The notes under the pieces were generated by a model. That model made no database searches, had not been told where the DNA came from, and was given only the letters and a program-made list of their open reading frames with translations. Below are positions 1 through 8,697 of a stretch of DNA of 64,000 bases, one piece after another. This DNA comes from Clostridiaceae bacterium (GTDB taxonomy: Bacteria > Bacillota > Clostridia > Acetivibrionales > DTU013), in assembly GCA_012519745.1 (NCBI GenBank), contig JAAYPO010000050.1:664-64663 (forward strand). Reading direction: 5' to 3'. The first letter of the stretch is position 1. Every line of letters begins with the position of its first letter. Made by a program: the position numbers and the translations under genes.

Positions 1-97
1 GCATCGGGCAGAGTAGGCATACGGGCAGAGCAGGCATACGGGCAGAGCAGGCATACGGGCAGAGCAGGCATACGGGCAGAGCAGGCATACGGGCAGA
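1..97. repeat. 17-bp tandem array (GCATACGGGCAGAGCAG, about 5.5 copies) that runs off the left edge and ends just upstream of the next gene's RBS
   Basis: Read directly. Full units at 17-33, 34-50, 51-67 and 68-84, with degenerate or partial copies at 1-16 and 85-97. AGGAGG at 102-107 and ATG at 113 follow immediately. Confidence 0.9.
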
Positions 98-112
98 TTG
101 CAGGAGGTTTGT

Positions 113-2215
113 ATGAAACCGGGATCTCCAATGAAAAAGTATATTTTTGCTGGTGGCATATGCTTTCTTGTGATCGCAGCTATTGTGACGGGTTTGATTT
201 TTGCGGCTTGGAATAAGGGGCAGGACACAGTCGCCGGGAAAGATGCCGGACAGGATCTGACCGGAGGGACAACTGGAAGTGTACAGGATCCGAACGGCGC
301 GGCTAGCGGGTCCGGGGGAAACTCTACCGGCGCGGCAAATGGTGAGCAGGGCTCGGCCGGACAAACCGGGCAGGCCGGACAAACCGGGCAGGCCGGAACA
401 ACGGGCGGAGAGCAGGATCCGGCAGGTCAGGATGATGATGAAAATTACGATGTGATCTTGAATATTTATACCACCGACAGGAACCTTCACAAGATAATCG
501 ATGTTTATGCTCAAAAGCACTGGGACTTTACTTACGACCTGAATATATATAATGACGAGTGGGTATTCGGCCCGACCGATGTCGCGGAGCTGGCCGGGAA
601 AGCCCTTGTCGGCAGCAATGGGAGAGAGGTGGACATTTATTGTCTGCCGGTTGCCTATGCGCCGAGATTTATTAAGGGTGAATACTCTGGCTTTGCATGT
701 ACTTACAGGGATCTTGGGATCGATGTTGACGCCGCATTGAAAAAAGCTGATATACCGGAGTGCATTGTTGAAGATGGATCGAATCCTGACGGTGAACTGA
801 TCGCCCTTCCGTATCTGGCTGAGACTTCAGTATTTGTGTACCGCCGTTCTGTTGCAAAGGAGGTATGGGGGACGGACGACCCGGACAGGATCGCCGCCAT
901 CATTGGATCGGGCACAGAAAAATGGGATAAGTTCATTGAAGCGGCACAGTCCCTGAGTGAGCACGGATACTATATAGTGTCCGGTTTCGGCAGTCTGGAG
1001 CAGATGATCGATACTACCTCAGCGAATATAAAAGGGCAGGCCGGAAGCTTTGAAATAGATCCGGGATGGCTGGAATATATGGATGTTTCAAAGCTTTTGC
1101 TTGACAATGGCTGTATAAAGCATACAAAAAGCTGGTGGAACGAGTGGTGGGATGACCTTAACGGCGCGGATAAGGTGTTTGGATTTGTAACATCCACAGA
1201 CACATTCCAATTCATGGGCATTGAGGAAACAGCCGGTGACTGGGCTGTCTGCATTCCTCCGTTCAATACCCGTGCACCATATAATACAGGCATAATGGTA
1301 AGCAGGAATTCACCGAACAGGGATCTGCTGGGACCGCTTATCGAGTGGATCACTCTTGACAGTTCGGAAGACGGTCTTCAATATATCGTGGCAAATGCTG
1401 GGAGCGATGTCGCCTTGCCACATTTCACTTACACAAATGTGAAAATGTCTGTCGTCTCCGGGACAATCATGAAGAAGGTGGATGGCAGCCGCAGCATCCT
1501 TGGAGGACAAAACATAAATCAGCTGGTATATGATGCATTGAGGGGATCTAAAGGATTATATCAGACAAATTTCTATGCAAATGATATTTTCCAGGGCTGG
1601 TTGAATATGATGCATACCTATATTGACGAAGAAAAGGACAGGGGAGCCGTTATTGAGGACTACCTCACCCAGGTCAGGACGGCCGGCGAGGTGATAATGC
1701 CGGGAATGGATCCGTCATTGAGGGAGAAGGTAGAATGGAAGGATGAGAATTTTAAGGCGGCTGTGAGGGAGCAGCTGCATTTGTCAAAATACGCGGATAT
1801 CGATAAATATTCTTTGATCAGTGTAACCGAATTGGACCTGTCAGGCAGGAACATTAAGAGCCTGGAGGATATCGTACATTTTAAGAACCTCGGAAAGCTG
1901 TATTGCAGCAACAATCAAATTACAGATATCAGTTGCCTCAAGGAGCTTAAAAAGCTGAGGAGGATAGATTTGTCCGGAAACGATATCAGCGACATCAGCA
2001 GCCTCGGTGATATGAAATATCTGAAAGAGCTTTATCTCAGCAACAATAGAATCAGCGATGTCAGTGGTCTGAAAGGATTGCCATTGCTGGAGACATTGGA
2101 TCTGTCGGGAAATGCGGTCAGTGATATCAGCAGCCTGAAAAAGCTGGCGAAGCTGAAAAACTTGAATTTGGATGGAAACAATATGACCGACAGGTCGCCA
2201 ACTGAAGTAAAATAA
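113..2215 (+). CDS. Membrane-anchored surface protein: N-terminal TM helix, Gly/Gln-rich linker, family-1 solute-binding-protein-like domain, C-terminal internalin-type leucine-rich repeats
   Basis: ORF 98-2215. The ATG at 113 sits 5 nt after AGGAGG. TM segment KKYIFAGGICFLVIAAIVTGLIFAA. About six 22-aa LRRs (LDLSGNxISDISSLxxLxxLxx) at nt ~1811-2189. Central domain is ~60% identical to both modules of ORF 14985-17834. Confidence 0.8.
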   Translation: MKPGSPMKKYIFAGGICFLVIAAIVTGLIFAAWNKGQDTVAGKDAGQDLTGGTTGSVQDPNGAASGSGGNSTGAANGEQGSAGQTGQAGQTGQAGTTGGEQDPAGQDDDENYDVILNIYTTDRNLHKIIDVYAQKHWDFTYDLNIYNDEWVFGPTDVAELAGKALVGSNGREVDIYCLPVAYAPRFIKGEYSGFACTYRDLGIDVDAALKKADIPECIVEDGSNPDGELIALPYLAETSVFVYRRSVAKEVWGTDDPDRIAAIIGSGTEKWDKFIEAAQSLSEHGYYIVSGFGSLEQMIDTTSANIKGQAGSFEIDPGWLEYMDVSKLLLDNGCIKHTKSWWNEWWDDLNGADKVFGFVTSTDTFQFMGIEETAGDWAVCIPPFNTRAPYNTGIMVSRNSPNRDLLGPLIEWITLDSSEDGLQYIVANAGSDVALPHFTYTNVKMSVVSGTIMKKVDGSRSILGGQNINQLVYDALRGSKGLYQTNFYANDIFQGWLNMMHTYIDEEKDRGAVIEDYLTQVRTAGEVIMPGMDPSLREKVEWKDENFKAAVREQLHLSKYADIDKYSLISVTELDLSGRNIKSLEDIVHFKNLGKLYCSNNQITDISCLKELKKLRRIDLSGNDISDISSLGDMKYLKELYLSNNRISDVSGLKGLPLLETLDLSGNAVSDISSLKKLAKLKNLNLDGNNMTDRSPTEVK

Positions 2216-2291
2216 GACAGAATCCAACTCTTGCCTCCTTGAGGAATGTAATATATAATGAAAATGGAACGTTAAATTTTTTAGACGAGGT

Positions 2292-4538
2292 ATGTGTTCG
2301 CTTATGGTTACGATGAAGGATGTTGCCAAGTTGGCAGGAGTATCCCACGGAACGGTTTCAAATGTATTGAACGGGGCAAAGGGAGTCAGCGTAGACAAGA
2401 TAAAGAGGGTCGAGGCGGCCATAAAAAAGCTTGGATACAACAGAAATGCTTTAGCGATCAACCTGAAGACTACAAAAGCGCAAAAAAGCATATATGTAGT
2501 GCTGCCAAATATCAGTGACTTTGCATATGAGGATATTTTTCACGGAATATGCAAAGGTGCGGATAATGCCGGATATTCCGTGAGCATTTTTACAAGCGGC
2601 GAGCTGCCCTATAGGGAAAAAGAAGCTTTGAACCGTGCATTGATGTTTAACGTGGACGGTGTATTGCTTATAACCTGCCAGCCCGATGACGCAAAATTCT
2701 TCGAAAAGATGCAGCGCAACAATCTGAATATCGTGTGTATGCATAGAGAAATAGCAGGAGGCGGATTCGACTTCGTCGGGGTCGATTTCAGAGGCCGGGT
2801 GGTGGACAGCATTAAAAAGCAGCTGGAGCTGGGCTTTCAGAAAATCGCCATTATCACGGGTCCAAAAAAATATTCATTTGATGCTGCCTGTGTGGATGCA
2901 TATTTTAACGGAATGTTCAATGCGGGCATGGAGATACGAAATCAATACATCACCATAACCGATGGCGACAGGGAGAGTGTGATGCGCGCGGCGATCAGGC
3001 TGCTGAACTCCAATGATCGTCCGGAGGTCATATATGTGAGCGGGGAGCTTCTGGCAGAGGGCTTGAAGAAGGCAATAGAGCTCACTTCGATGCCGGGGAT
3101 GAAAAACCCGAAATTAATAGTGCTCAACAGCAGAAGGTGGACACGGACACGGAATGAGAATGAGGATTATATCGACCTGCCTTATGGCGAGGTGGGCGAA
3201 ACGGCCATGCAGCTGCTGATTGACAGCATTGAAAAGGAAAACGCCTTAAAAAAAGTAAAAATAATGGTCGATTCACAAAAAAGTGCAGCAATGCCTATGA
3301 CGATCTCGAATATTGCCGGGAAAGACTCAAAGAGACTGAGGGTACTGCTTCACAACGATCATGCAGGCAGAGCAGTGGAAGCCCTGAGCAATGATTTCAA
3401 GAAAAGGACAGGGCTGGATCTGCAGATAGACCTGGTAAACTACAGAGATCTGATCGAAGAGATAAAGGCAAGCAGGGATACCGGAAAATATGATGCTTTC
3501 TGCATCGATGTACCATGGATAAAGGAGCTTGTCGTCGAGGGGTGCGTGCAGGAGCTCGATGAATATATCAAGGCCGACTGGCAGCTTGAAAATAAGTTTC
3601 AGAGGGATATCTTCGAAGAGTATTCCGTATATGAAGGTAAAATACATGTGCTGCCGTTCAGCTTCACGTCACAGCTGCTGTTTTACAGGAAGGATCTGTT
3701 TGAGAATCTGAAAAACAAGCGGCTATACTATGAATGGTACAAGGAAGAGCTGAAGGTGCCGAGTACCTGGCAGGAGTACAACAAGGTGGCCAGATTTTTT
3801 ACCAGGCAGTTCAATCCCGATTCCGATGTCCTGTATGGGACTGCTCTTGGAGGCAGGATACCGACAGGCGCCACAAGTGAGTTTTTGATACGGGCATGGG
3901 CGTTTGGAGGAGATATATTCAATGAAGATAAAATCGTAATACGCAGCAGGGAATGTGTAGATGCACTCAAAAACTATATAGAATGCTTCAGTTATGCTCA
4001 TCCTGATTCCCACGACAGATGGTGGGATGATGAGGCCAGGGATTTCTATGAAGGCAATTCAGCGATGATGGTCCAGTATTCCGACCAGGTCACTATATTA
4101 AGAGATGCAAATAAATCAACGGTTGTCGGCAAGACGGGCTTTGATATCGTTCCGGGGAAGATATCGCTGTTTGGCGGCTGGTCCATTGGGATGAACAAGA
4201 ATTCCAAGGCTAAGGAAGAGGCATTTGAGTTTATAAAATGGACAATAGCGGACGACATGGCAATGGCCAATGCGGTGCTTGGCAGGATGGTGCCATACAA
4301 CAGCATACGCGACAGTTACGAATTGATGGCCCTTTACCCATGGCACAGGGATACCTTCAAATCCTTTGCATCCATCAAAAAGAGGATGATACCCCAGAAT
4401 AAGCGCGGTGAGTGCTTATCGGAGCGGTTGTTTGAAAAAATAACGGGCGAGGCAGTCCATGCTGCAATACTGAAAAAATGTTCTGCGGAAGAGGCAATTG
4501 AAAAAATTTATGAGGATCTGTCAGAGGTTCTGAAATAG
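2292..4538 (+). CDS. LacI-family transcriptional regulator (HTH + type-I periplasmic-binding-fold core) fused to a C-terminal ABC-type family-1 solute-binding domain, with no signal peptide
   Basis: N-terminus MKDVAKLAGVSHGTVSNVLNG is the LacI HTH, and residues ~65-335 are the LacI sugar-binding core. Residues ~345-748 carry SBP_bac_1-like motifs (YEGKIHVLPFSFTSQLLFYRKDLFE, PSTWQEYNKVARFF). Start is ambiguous among ATG 2292, 2304 and 2313. Confidence 0.8.
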   Translation: MCSLMVTMKDVAKLAGVSHGTVSNVLNGAKGVSVDKIKRVEAAIKKLGYNRNALAINLKTTKAQKSIYVVLPNISDFAYEDIFHGICKGADNAGYSVSIFTSGELPYREKEALNRALMFNVDGVLLITCQPDDAKFFEKMQRNNLNIVCMHREIAGGGFDFVGVDFRGRVVDSIKKQLELGFQKIAIITGPKKYSFDAACVDAYFNGMFNAGMEIRNQYITITDGDRESVMRAAIRLLNSNDRPEVIYVSGELLAEGLKKAIELTSMPGMKNPKLIVLNSRRWTRTRNENEDYIDLPYGEVGETAMQLLIDSIEKENALKKVKIMVDSQKSAAMPMTISNIAGKDSKRLRVLLHNDHAGRAVEALSNDFKKRTGLDLQIDLVNYRDLIEEIKASRDTGKYDAFCIDVPWIKELVVEGCVQELDEYIKADWQLENKFQRDIFEEYSVYEGKIHVLPFSFTSQLLFYRKDLFENLKNKRLYYEWYKEELKVPSTWQEYNKVARFFTRQFNPDSDVLYGTALGGRIPTGATSEFLIRAWAFGGDIFNEDKIVIRSRECVDALKNYIECFSYAHPDSHDRWWDDEARDFYEGNSAMMVQYSDQVTILRDANKSTVVGKTGFDIVPGKISLFGGWSIGMNKNSKAKEEAFEFIKWTIADDMAMANAVLGRMVPYNSIRDSYELMALYPWHRDTFKSFASIKKRMIPQNKRGECLSERLFEKITGEAVHAAILKKCSAEEAIEKIYEDLSEVLK

Positions 4539-4563
4539 CAGTTTTTAAACAATAGTATTTTTG

Positions 4564-4589
4564 GGCGCATCCAGATGCGCCTTTTTTTA
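4564..4589 (+). terminator. Rho-independent terminator after the LacI-SBP gene
   Basis: GGCGCAT-CCAG-ATGCGCC hairpin followed by a run of seven T. Confidence 0.75.
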
Positions 4590-4601
4590 TAATTAAAAAT
4601 A

Positions 4602-4630
4602 TTGACACGTTCAAATTTTAGTAGTATCAT
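4602..4630 (+). promoter_or_regulatory. Sigma-A type promoter for the transketolase/ABC/kinase operon
   Basis: TTGACA (4602-4607), 17-nt spacer, TATCAT (4625-4630). A leader of about 250 nt follows before the ATG at 4885. Confidence 0.55.
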
Positions 4631-4884
4631 GGATGTATAAGAGATTAAATGCTTGAATACGCGTAATAATAAGCAGTATCTACAATACTATTCCGGGAGT
4701 GATGTGAAGCTCAACAAATTGTAACGTATATAAAGCCAGTGGAAAACTGGGCGATTCTAAATGATTCGGGTTATAAAACTTCAATTTTTCTTTAATGATG
4801 AGCAATAATTTAAGCATCAGATAGTATAAGGTAAACAAATTTGGGACGTATCAAAATACGCGGTTTTGTGAAGGGGTTGTTCTA

Positions 4885-5721
4885 ATGGATTCATTGAGAG
4901 TAAAAGAATTACGGTCCAGAGCATGGAACATCAGGTATACCGGTCTCAAAATGGTAAAAAACGCACGTTCAGGTCACATAGGAGGCGCATTCTCGCTATC
5001 CGAAATCATGTCTGTATTATATTTCGATAAAATGAATATTCGAACTGAAGAACCGGAATGGGAAGATCGGGATCGTTTTGTGCTCTCAAAGGGACATGCT
5101 ACAGTGGCGTTGTATCCAACTTTAGCGTTGAGGGGCTTTTTTCCCGTAGAGGTGCTGGACACATTCCGCAAAGCGGATGGTAACCTGTCAGGACACGCTG
5201 AAATGAGACATGTGCCGGGAGTAGACATGTCTACGGGTTCTCTCGGACAAGGCCTGTCGGCGGCTGTCGGCATGGCGCTGGCAGGAAAGTATGCAGGCAG
5301 GGATTACTATACCTATGCCGTCGTTGGTGACGGTGAGATACAGGAAGGGCAGATATGGGAGGCACTTATGTTTTCGGCGGCCAAAGGGCTGGATAATCTG
5401 ATCGTCATACTGGACTGCAATAAGGTCCAGTTGGATGGAACGGTACAGGAGATATTGGGCACAGGAGATTTGAAAGCTAAGTTTGAAGCCTTTGGACTGC
5501 ATACGCTGGTGATAGATGGTCACTCTGTCGAGGAAATCGCCGAAGCTATTGACACGGCAAAGGCTTGCAGTGGTAAACCCCATATCATTATTGCTAATAC
5601 CATAAAGGGCAAGGGAGTATCCTTTATGGAAGGCAAGAACCAGTGGCATGGCAAGACGCCCAACGACGAGGAATTTGAGCGGGCATTCGAAGATCTTGAA
5701 AAAGGAAGAAGCGAGGTATAG
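4885..5721 (+). CDS. Transketolase, N-terminal (TPP-binding) subunit
   Basis: Split-transketolase N-half motifs: GHIGGAFS, LSKGHA, GSLGQGLS, GDGEIQEGQIWEA. RBS GAAGGGG lies upstream. Confidence 0.92.
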   Translation: MDSLRVKELRSRAWNIRYTGLKMVKNARSGHIGGAFSLSEIMSVLYFDKMNIRTEEPEWEDRDRFVLSKGHATVALYPTLALRGFFPVEVLDTFRKADGNLSGHAEMRHVPGVDMSTGSLGQGLSAAVGMALAGKYAGRDYYTYAVVGDGEIQEGQIWEALMFSAAKGLDNLIVILDCNKVQLDGTVQEILGTGDLKAKFEAFGLHTLVIDGHSVEEIAEAIDTAKACSGKPHIIIANTIKGKGVSFMEGKNQWHGKTPNDEEFERAFEDLEKGRSEV

Positions 5722-5724
5722 ACA

Positions 5725-6693
5725 ATGGGAGAGAAGATTGCAACCAGAAATGCTTATGGACAGGCCCTGGCGGATGCGGGAGCCGAAAACAGGGATATCG
5801 TTGTTTTGGATGCTGATGTCAGTACCTGTACGATGTCCTGCATGTTTGGGGAAAAATATCCCGACCGCTTTTTCAACGTGGGGATCGCTGAAGCCAATAT
5901 GGTAGGAATTGCAGCGGGTATGGCGACCTGCGGACTGAAGCCCTTTGTAAATACCTTTGCAATGTTCATGGCGGGCAGGACCTTTGATCAGATAAGAAAC
6001 TCAGTGGCCTATCCGGGGCTGGATGTGAAGATCGTCGGCACTCATGCAGGACTCACGGTAGGGGAGGACGGTGCTACACACCAATGTCTGGAGGATCTGG
6101 CACTGATGCGGAGCATACCGGGAATGACGGTGATCTGCCCTGCCGACGGAAATGAGACAAGAGAGGCGGTAAAGGCGATCGTAAAGCACAATGGGCCGAC
6201 ATATCTGAGACTGGGAAGAATGGCACTGGAGACCGTCACGGATATACCGGGCTACAGTTTTGAATTAGGAAAGGCAGTTGAACTGCGCAAGGGAACTGAT
6301 GTGACGATAATGGCAACGGGAATTATGACGGCAAGGGCTCTGAAAGCTGCGCAAGAGCTGGCGAAGGAAGGCATTGAGACCCGGGTGCTGAACTTCCACA
6401 CGATCAAGCCCATTGACAGGGAAGCAGTGATCAAAGCAGCAAGAGAGACCGGTGCGATCGTCACGGCAGAGGAGCACAATGTTTTGGGCGGTCTGGGAGG
6501 AGCTGTCTCGGAGGTCGTTACAGAGAGCCTGCCGGTGCCGGTAATGAAGGTTGGAACCAAGGATACCTTCGGAAGATCGGGCAATGCGGATCTGCTGCTT
6601 GAGATATATGGACTTACATCTGACAGCATTGCAGAAAATGCAAGACTTGCAATAAAAGCGAAGCCAAAGGGCAGTCATTTGGGGGCATATTAA
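5725..6693 (+). CDS. Transketolase, C-terminal (pyrimidine-binding) subunit
   Basis: ATRNAYGQAL, FFNVGIAEANMVGIAAG, GEDGATHQ. Starts 3 nt after the N-subunit stop. Confidence 0.92.
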   Translation: MGEKIATRNAYGQALADAGAENRDIVVLDADVSTCTMSCMFGEKYPDRFFNVGIAEANMVGIAAGMATCGLKPFVNTFAMFMAGRTFDQIRNSVAYPGLDVKIVGTHAGLTVGEDGATHQCLEDLALMRSIPGMTVICPADGNETREAVKAIVKHNGPTYLRLGRMALETVTDIPGYSFELGKAVELRKGTDVTIMATGIMTARALKAAQELAKEGIETRVLNFHTIKPIDREAVIKAARETGAIVTAEEHNVLGGLGGAVSEVVTESLPVPVMKVGTKDTFGRSGNADLLLEIYGLTSDSIAENARLAIKAKPKGSHLGAY

Positions 6694-6749
6694 AAAATTC
6701 ATCATTAATAACGCTGCAATAGAAATTTATTCTGGAGGTATTAATTAAT

Positions 6750-7535
6750 ATGGCAGTTAAGAATGCAATGGATCTATTTTCATTGAAGGGACGCAATGCT
6801 ATAGTGACAGGCGGCGGTCAGGGGCTTGGAAAATCTATGGCGATCGCTCTGGCTCAGGCAGGTGCGGATATTATTATTGCAGCCAGACGTATCGAGACGG
6901 CTCTTGAGACACAGAAGATCATAGAGGCCGAGGGAGTCAAATGCACAGTCATCAAGGGCGACATGAGAAATGAAGATGATGTTAAAAGAATGGTTGCCCA
7001 GGTGATGGACGAGTACGGAAAGATCGATATCCTGTTCAACAATGCGGGTACGTGGCGCGGAGATAACGCTGAAAAGGTTACGACTGAAGACTGGAAGGAG
7101 GTTATCGATGTCAATCTGAATGGTCCGTTCATTGTTTCCAGGGAAGTGGGCAATGTAATGCTCAAGCAGGGCAAGGGAAGTATTGTCAATATTGCTTCCA
7201 TGTCCGGAATGATCGTTAATACGCCTCAGAACCAATGTGCCTATAATGCATCAAAGGGCGGGCTGATCATGCTGACCAAGTCAATGGCTGCTGAATGGGC
7301 GACCCGCGGTGTAAGGGTAAATGCTCTTTGTCCTGGGTATATACGAACTGAGATGAGCGAGGAAAGGTACCAGAGAAAGGATCCGGCAATAGAACGCTGG
7401 TTTTCCATGACGCCGATGGGGCGCTCGGGACGGACGGATGAACTGATGGGGATCGCCATATATCTGGCATCCGACGCTTCCAGCTTTGTGACCGGGGCCA
7501 CCTATCTGGTGGACGGAGGCTATACGGCCTGGTAA
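6750..7535 (+). CDS. Short-chain dehydrogenase/reductase (sugar or polyol dehydrogenase type)
   Basis: TGGGQGLG Rossmann motif, NNAG, and catalytic Y-NAS-K (AYNASKGG). Confidence 0.88.
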   Translation: MAVKNAMDLFSLKGRNAIVTGGGQGLGKSMAIALAQAGADIIIAARRIETALETQKIIEAEGVKCTVIKGDMRNEDDVKRMVAQVMDEYGKIDILFNNAGTWRGDNAEKVTTEDWKEVIDVNLNGPFIVSREVGNVMLKQGKGSIVNIASMSGMIVNTPQNQCAYNASKGGLIMLTKSMAAEWATRGVRVNALCPGYIRTEMSEERYQRKDPAIERWFSMTPMGRSGRTDELMGIAIYLASDASSFVTGATYLVDGGYTAW

Positions 7536-7615
7536 TATTCGGAGGGTTTGGCTTAAAATTTGACTCGATAAAGAGTCAGTTTAAGAATAAAATTAAATCA
7601 GTGGAGGAAAAAACA

Positions 7616-8584
7616 ATGAGGAAAATCATTAGTATCCTGCTTGCCATATTAATGGTAGCAACATTCGCAGCATGCGGACAGACATCCAAAGATCCGGCAG
7701 CACAGCCCGCAACACCGAATACAACAACACCTGATACAACAGACGCAAAACCGATCAAGATCGGCGTATCTGTAGCAGACCAGTCCAATCCGTTCTACAT
7801 TGAGATACTTGACGGTATGAAGTCTGCAATGAAAAAGGGTGACGAGCTGATCGTCATGGATGCCGGCTTTGATCCTGCCAAGCAGATCACAGACATAGAG
7901 GATATGATACAGCAGGGCGTAAGCGTAATGCTGATAGACCCTGTTGACTCCAAGGGTATCCAGGCTTCCTTGAATGCATGTGAAGCTGCAAATATTCCGG
8001 TGATCGCTTACAACTCTCCTGTTGATGACTCAAGCAAGGTCGTTTCAACAGTTGCTTCAGACAACTTCATGGCCGGACAGCTGATTGGAGAAGAACTGGG
8101 CAAAGCGCTAAATGGCAAAGGCAAGGTCGTAATGCTCACTTACAATGTAGCACAGGTTTGTCTTGACAGGGCTAATGGTTTCAAGGATTCCATTGGAAAG
8201 TATCCGGAAATAGAGATCGTAGCAGAACAGGAAATACAGCCGGGCGTTGATACCGCTCTGCCGGTAATGGAGAATATGCTCCAGTCCTATCCTGATCTGA
8301 ATGGTGCATTTGCTCTGAATGATCCTTCTGCCATTGGTTGTGCCGCTGCTGTAGAAGCCGCAAATCTTCTTGACAAAATAAAGATCGTAGGTGTTGATGG
8401 CTCTGATGACGGTAAAACAGCTATTCTTGCAGGCAAGATCCTTGCATCTGCAGCTCAGCATCCTATTGATATAGGTTCCATCAGCATTGAAACTGCGTAC
8501 AAGGTACTTGTAGATAAATCATCGGTAGAAGCAGATATCAAGGTTCCGGTTGAATTGGTCACCAAAGACAATGCCGGTAAATAA
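7616..8584 (+). CDS. Ribose/monosaccharide-type ABC transporter substrate-binding lipoprotein
   Basis: ATG at 7616 lies 8 nt after GGAGG. Lipobox LMVATFAAC. Type-I PBP motifs (KIGVSVADQSNPFY, VDGSDDG) as in the RbsB family. Confidence 0.88.
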   Translation: MRKIISILLAILMVATFAACGQTSKDPAAQPATPNTTTPDTTDAKPIKIGVSVADQSNPFYIEILDGMKSAMKKGDELIVMDAGFDPAKQITDIEDMIQQGVSVMLIDPVDSKGIQASLNACEAANIPVIAYNSPVDDSSKVVSTVASDNFMAGQLIGEELGKALNGKGKVVMLTYNVAQVCLDRANGFKDSIGKYPEIEIVAEQEIQPGVDTALPVMENMLQSYPDLNGAFALNDPSAIGCAAAVEAANLLDKIKIVGVDGSDDGKTAILAGKILASAAQHPIDIGSISIETAYKVLVDKSSVEADIKVPVELVTKDNAGK

Positions 8585-8608
8585 TTTGATTCCAGGTTGA
8601 ACTAAACA

Positions 8609-8648
8609 GGCGGCATTGCGGTGAAAGCCGCAATGCTGCCATGATTTT
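8609..8648 (+). terminator. Intercistronic hairpin / partial terminator between the SBP and ATPase genes
   Basis: 13-bp stem GGCGGCATTGCGG / CCGCAATGCTGCC (one G-U pair), TGAAAG loop, then ATGATTTT. Confidence 0.5.
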
Positions 8649-8697
8649 CAACAGCTGCGGGATTCCGGCTATATTTATTGGAACACTGGAGGTAGGA

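Noticed and set aside
4631-4884. Riboswitch, T-box or LacI operator in the ~250-nt transketolase-operon leader
   Set aside because: Only weak palindromes are present (TACGCGTA at ~4656, TGTAACGTATA at ~4718) and none matches a 14-bp LacI/cre-type operator well. There is no terminator/antiterminator pair. This is not enough evidence to call a feature.
8641-8697. Track-predicted ATG at 8641 as the ABC ATPase start
   Set aside because: It lies at the end of the intercistronic hairpin with no RBS, and it adds a non-homologous 19-aa extension. The ATG at 8698 has GGAGG 5 nt upstream and gives the canonical N-terminus.
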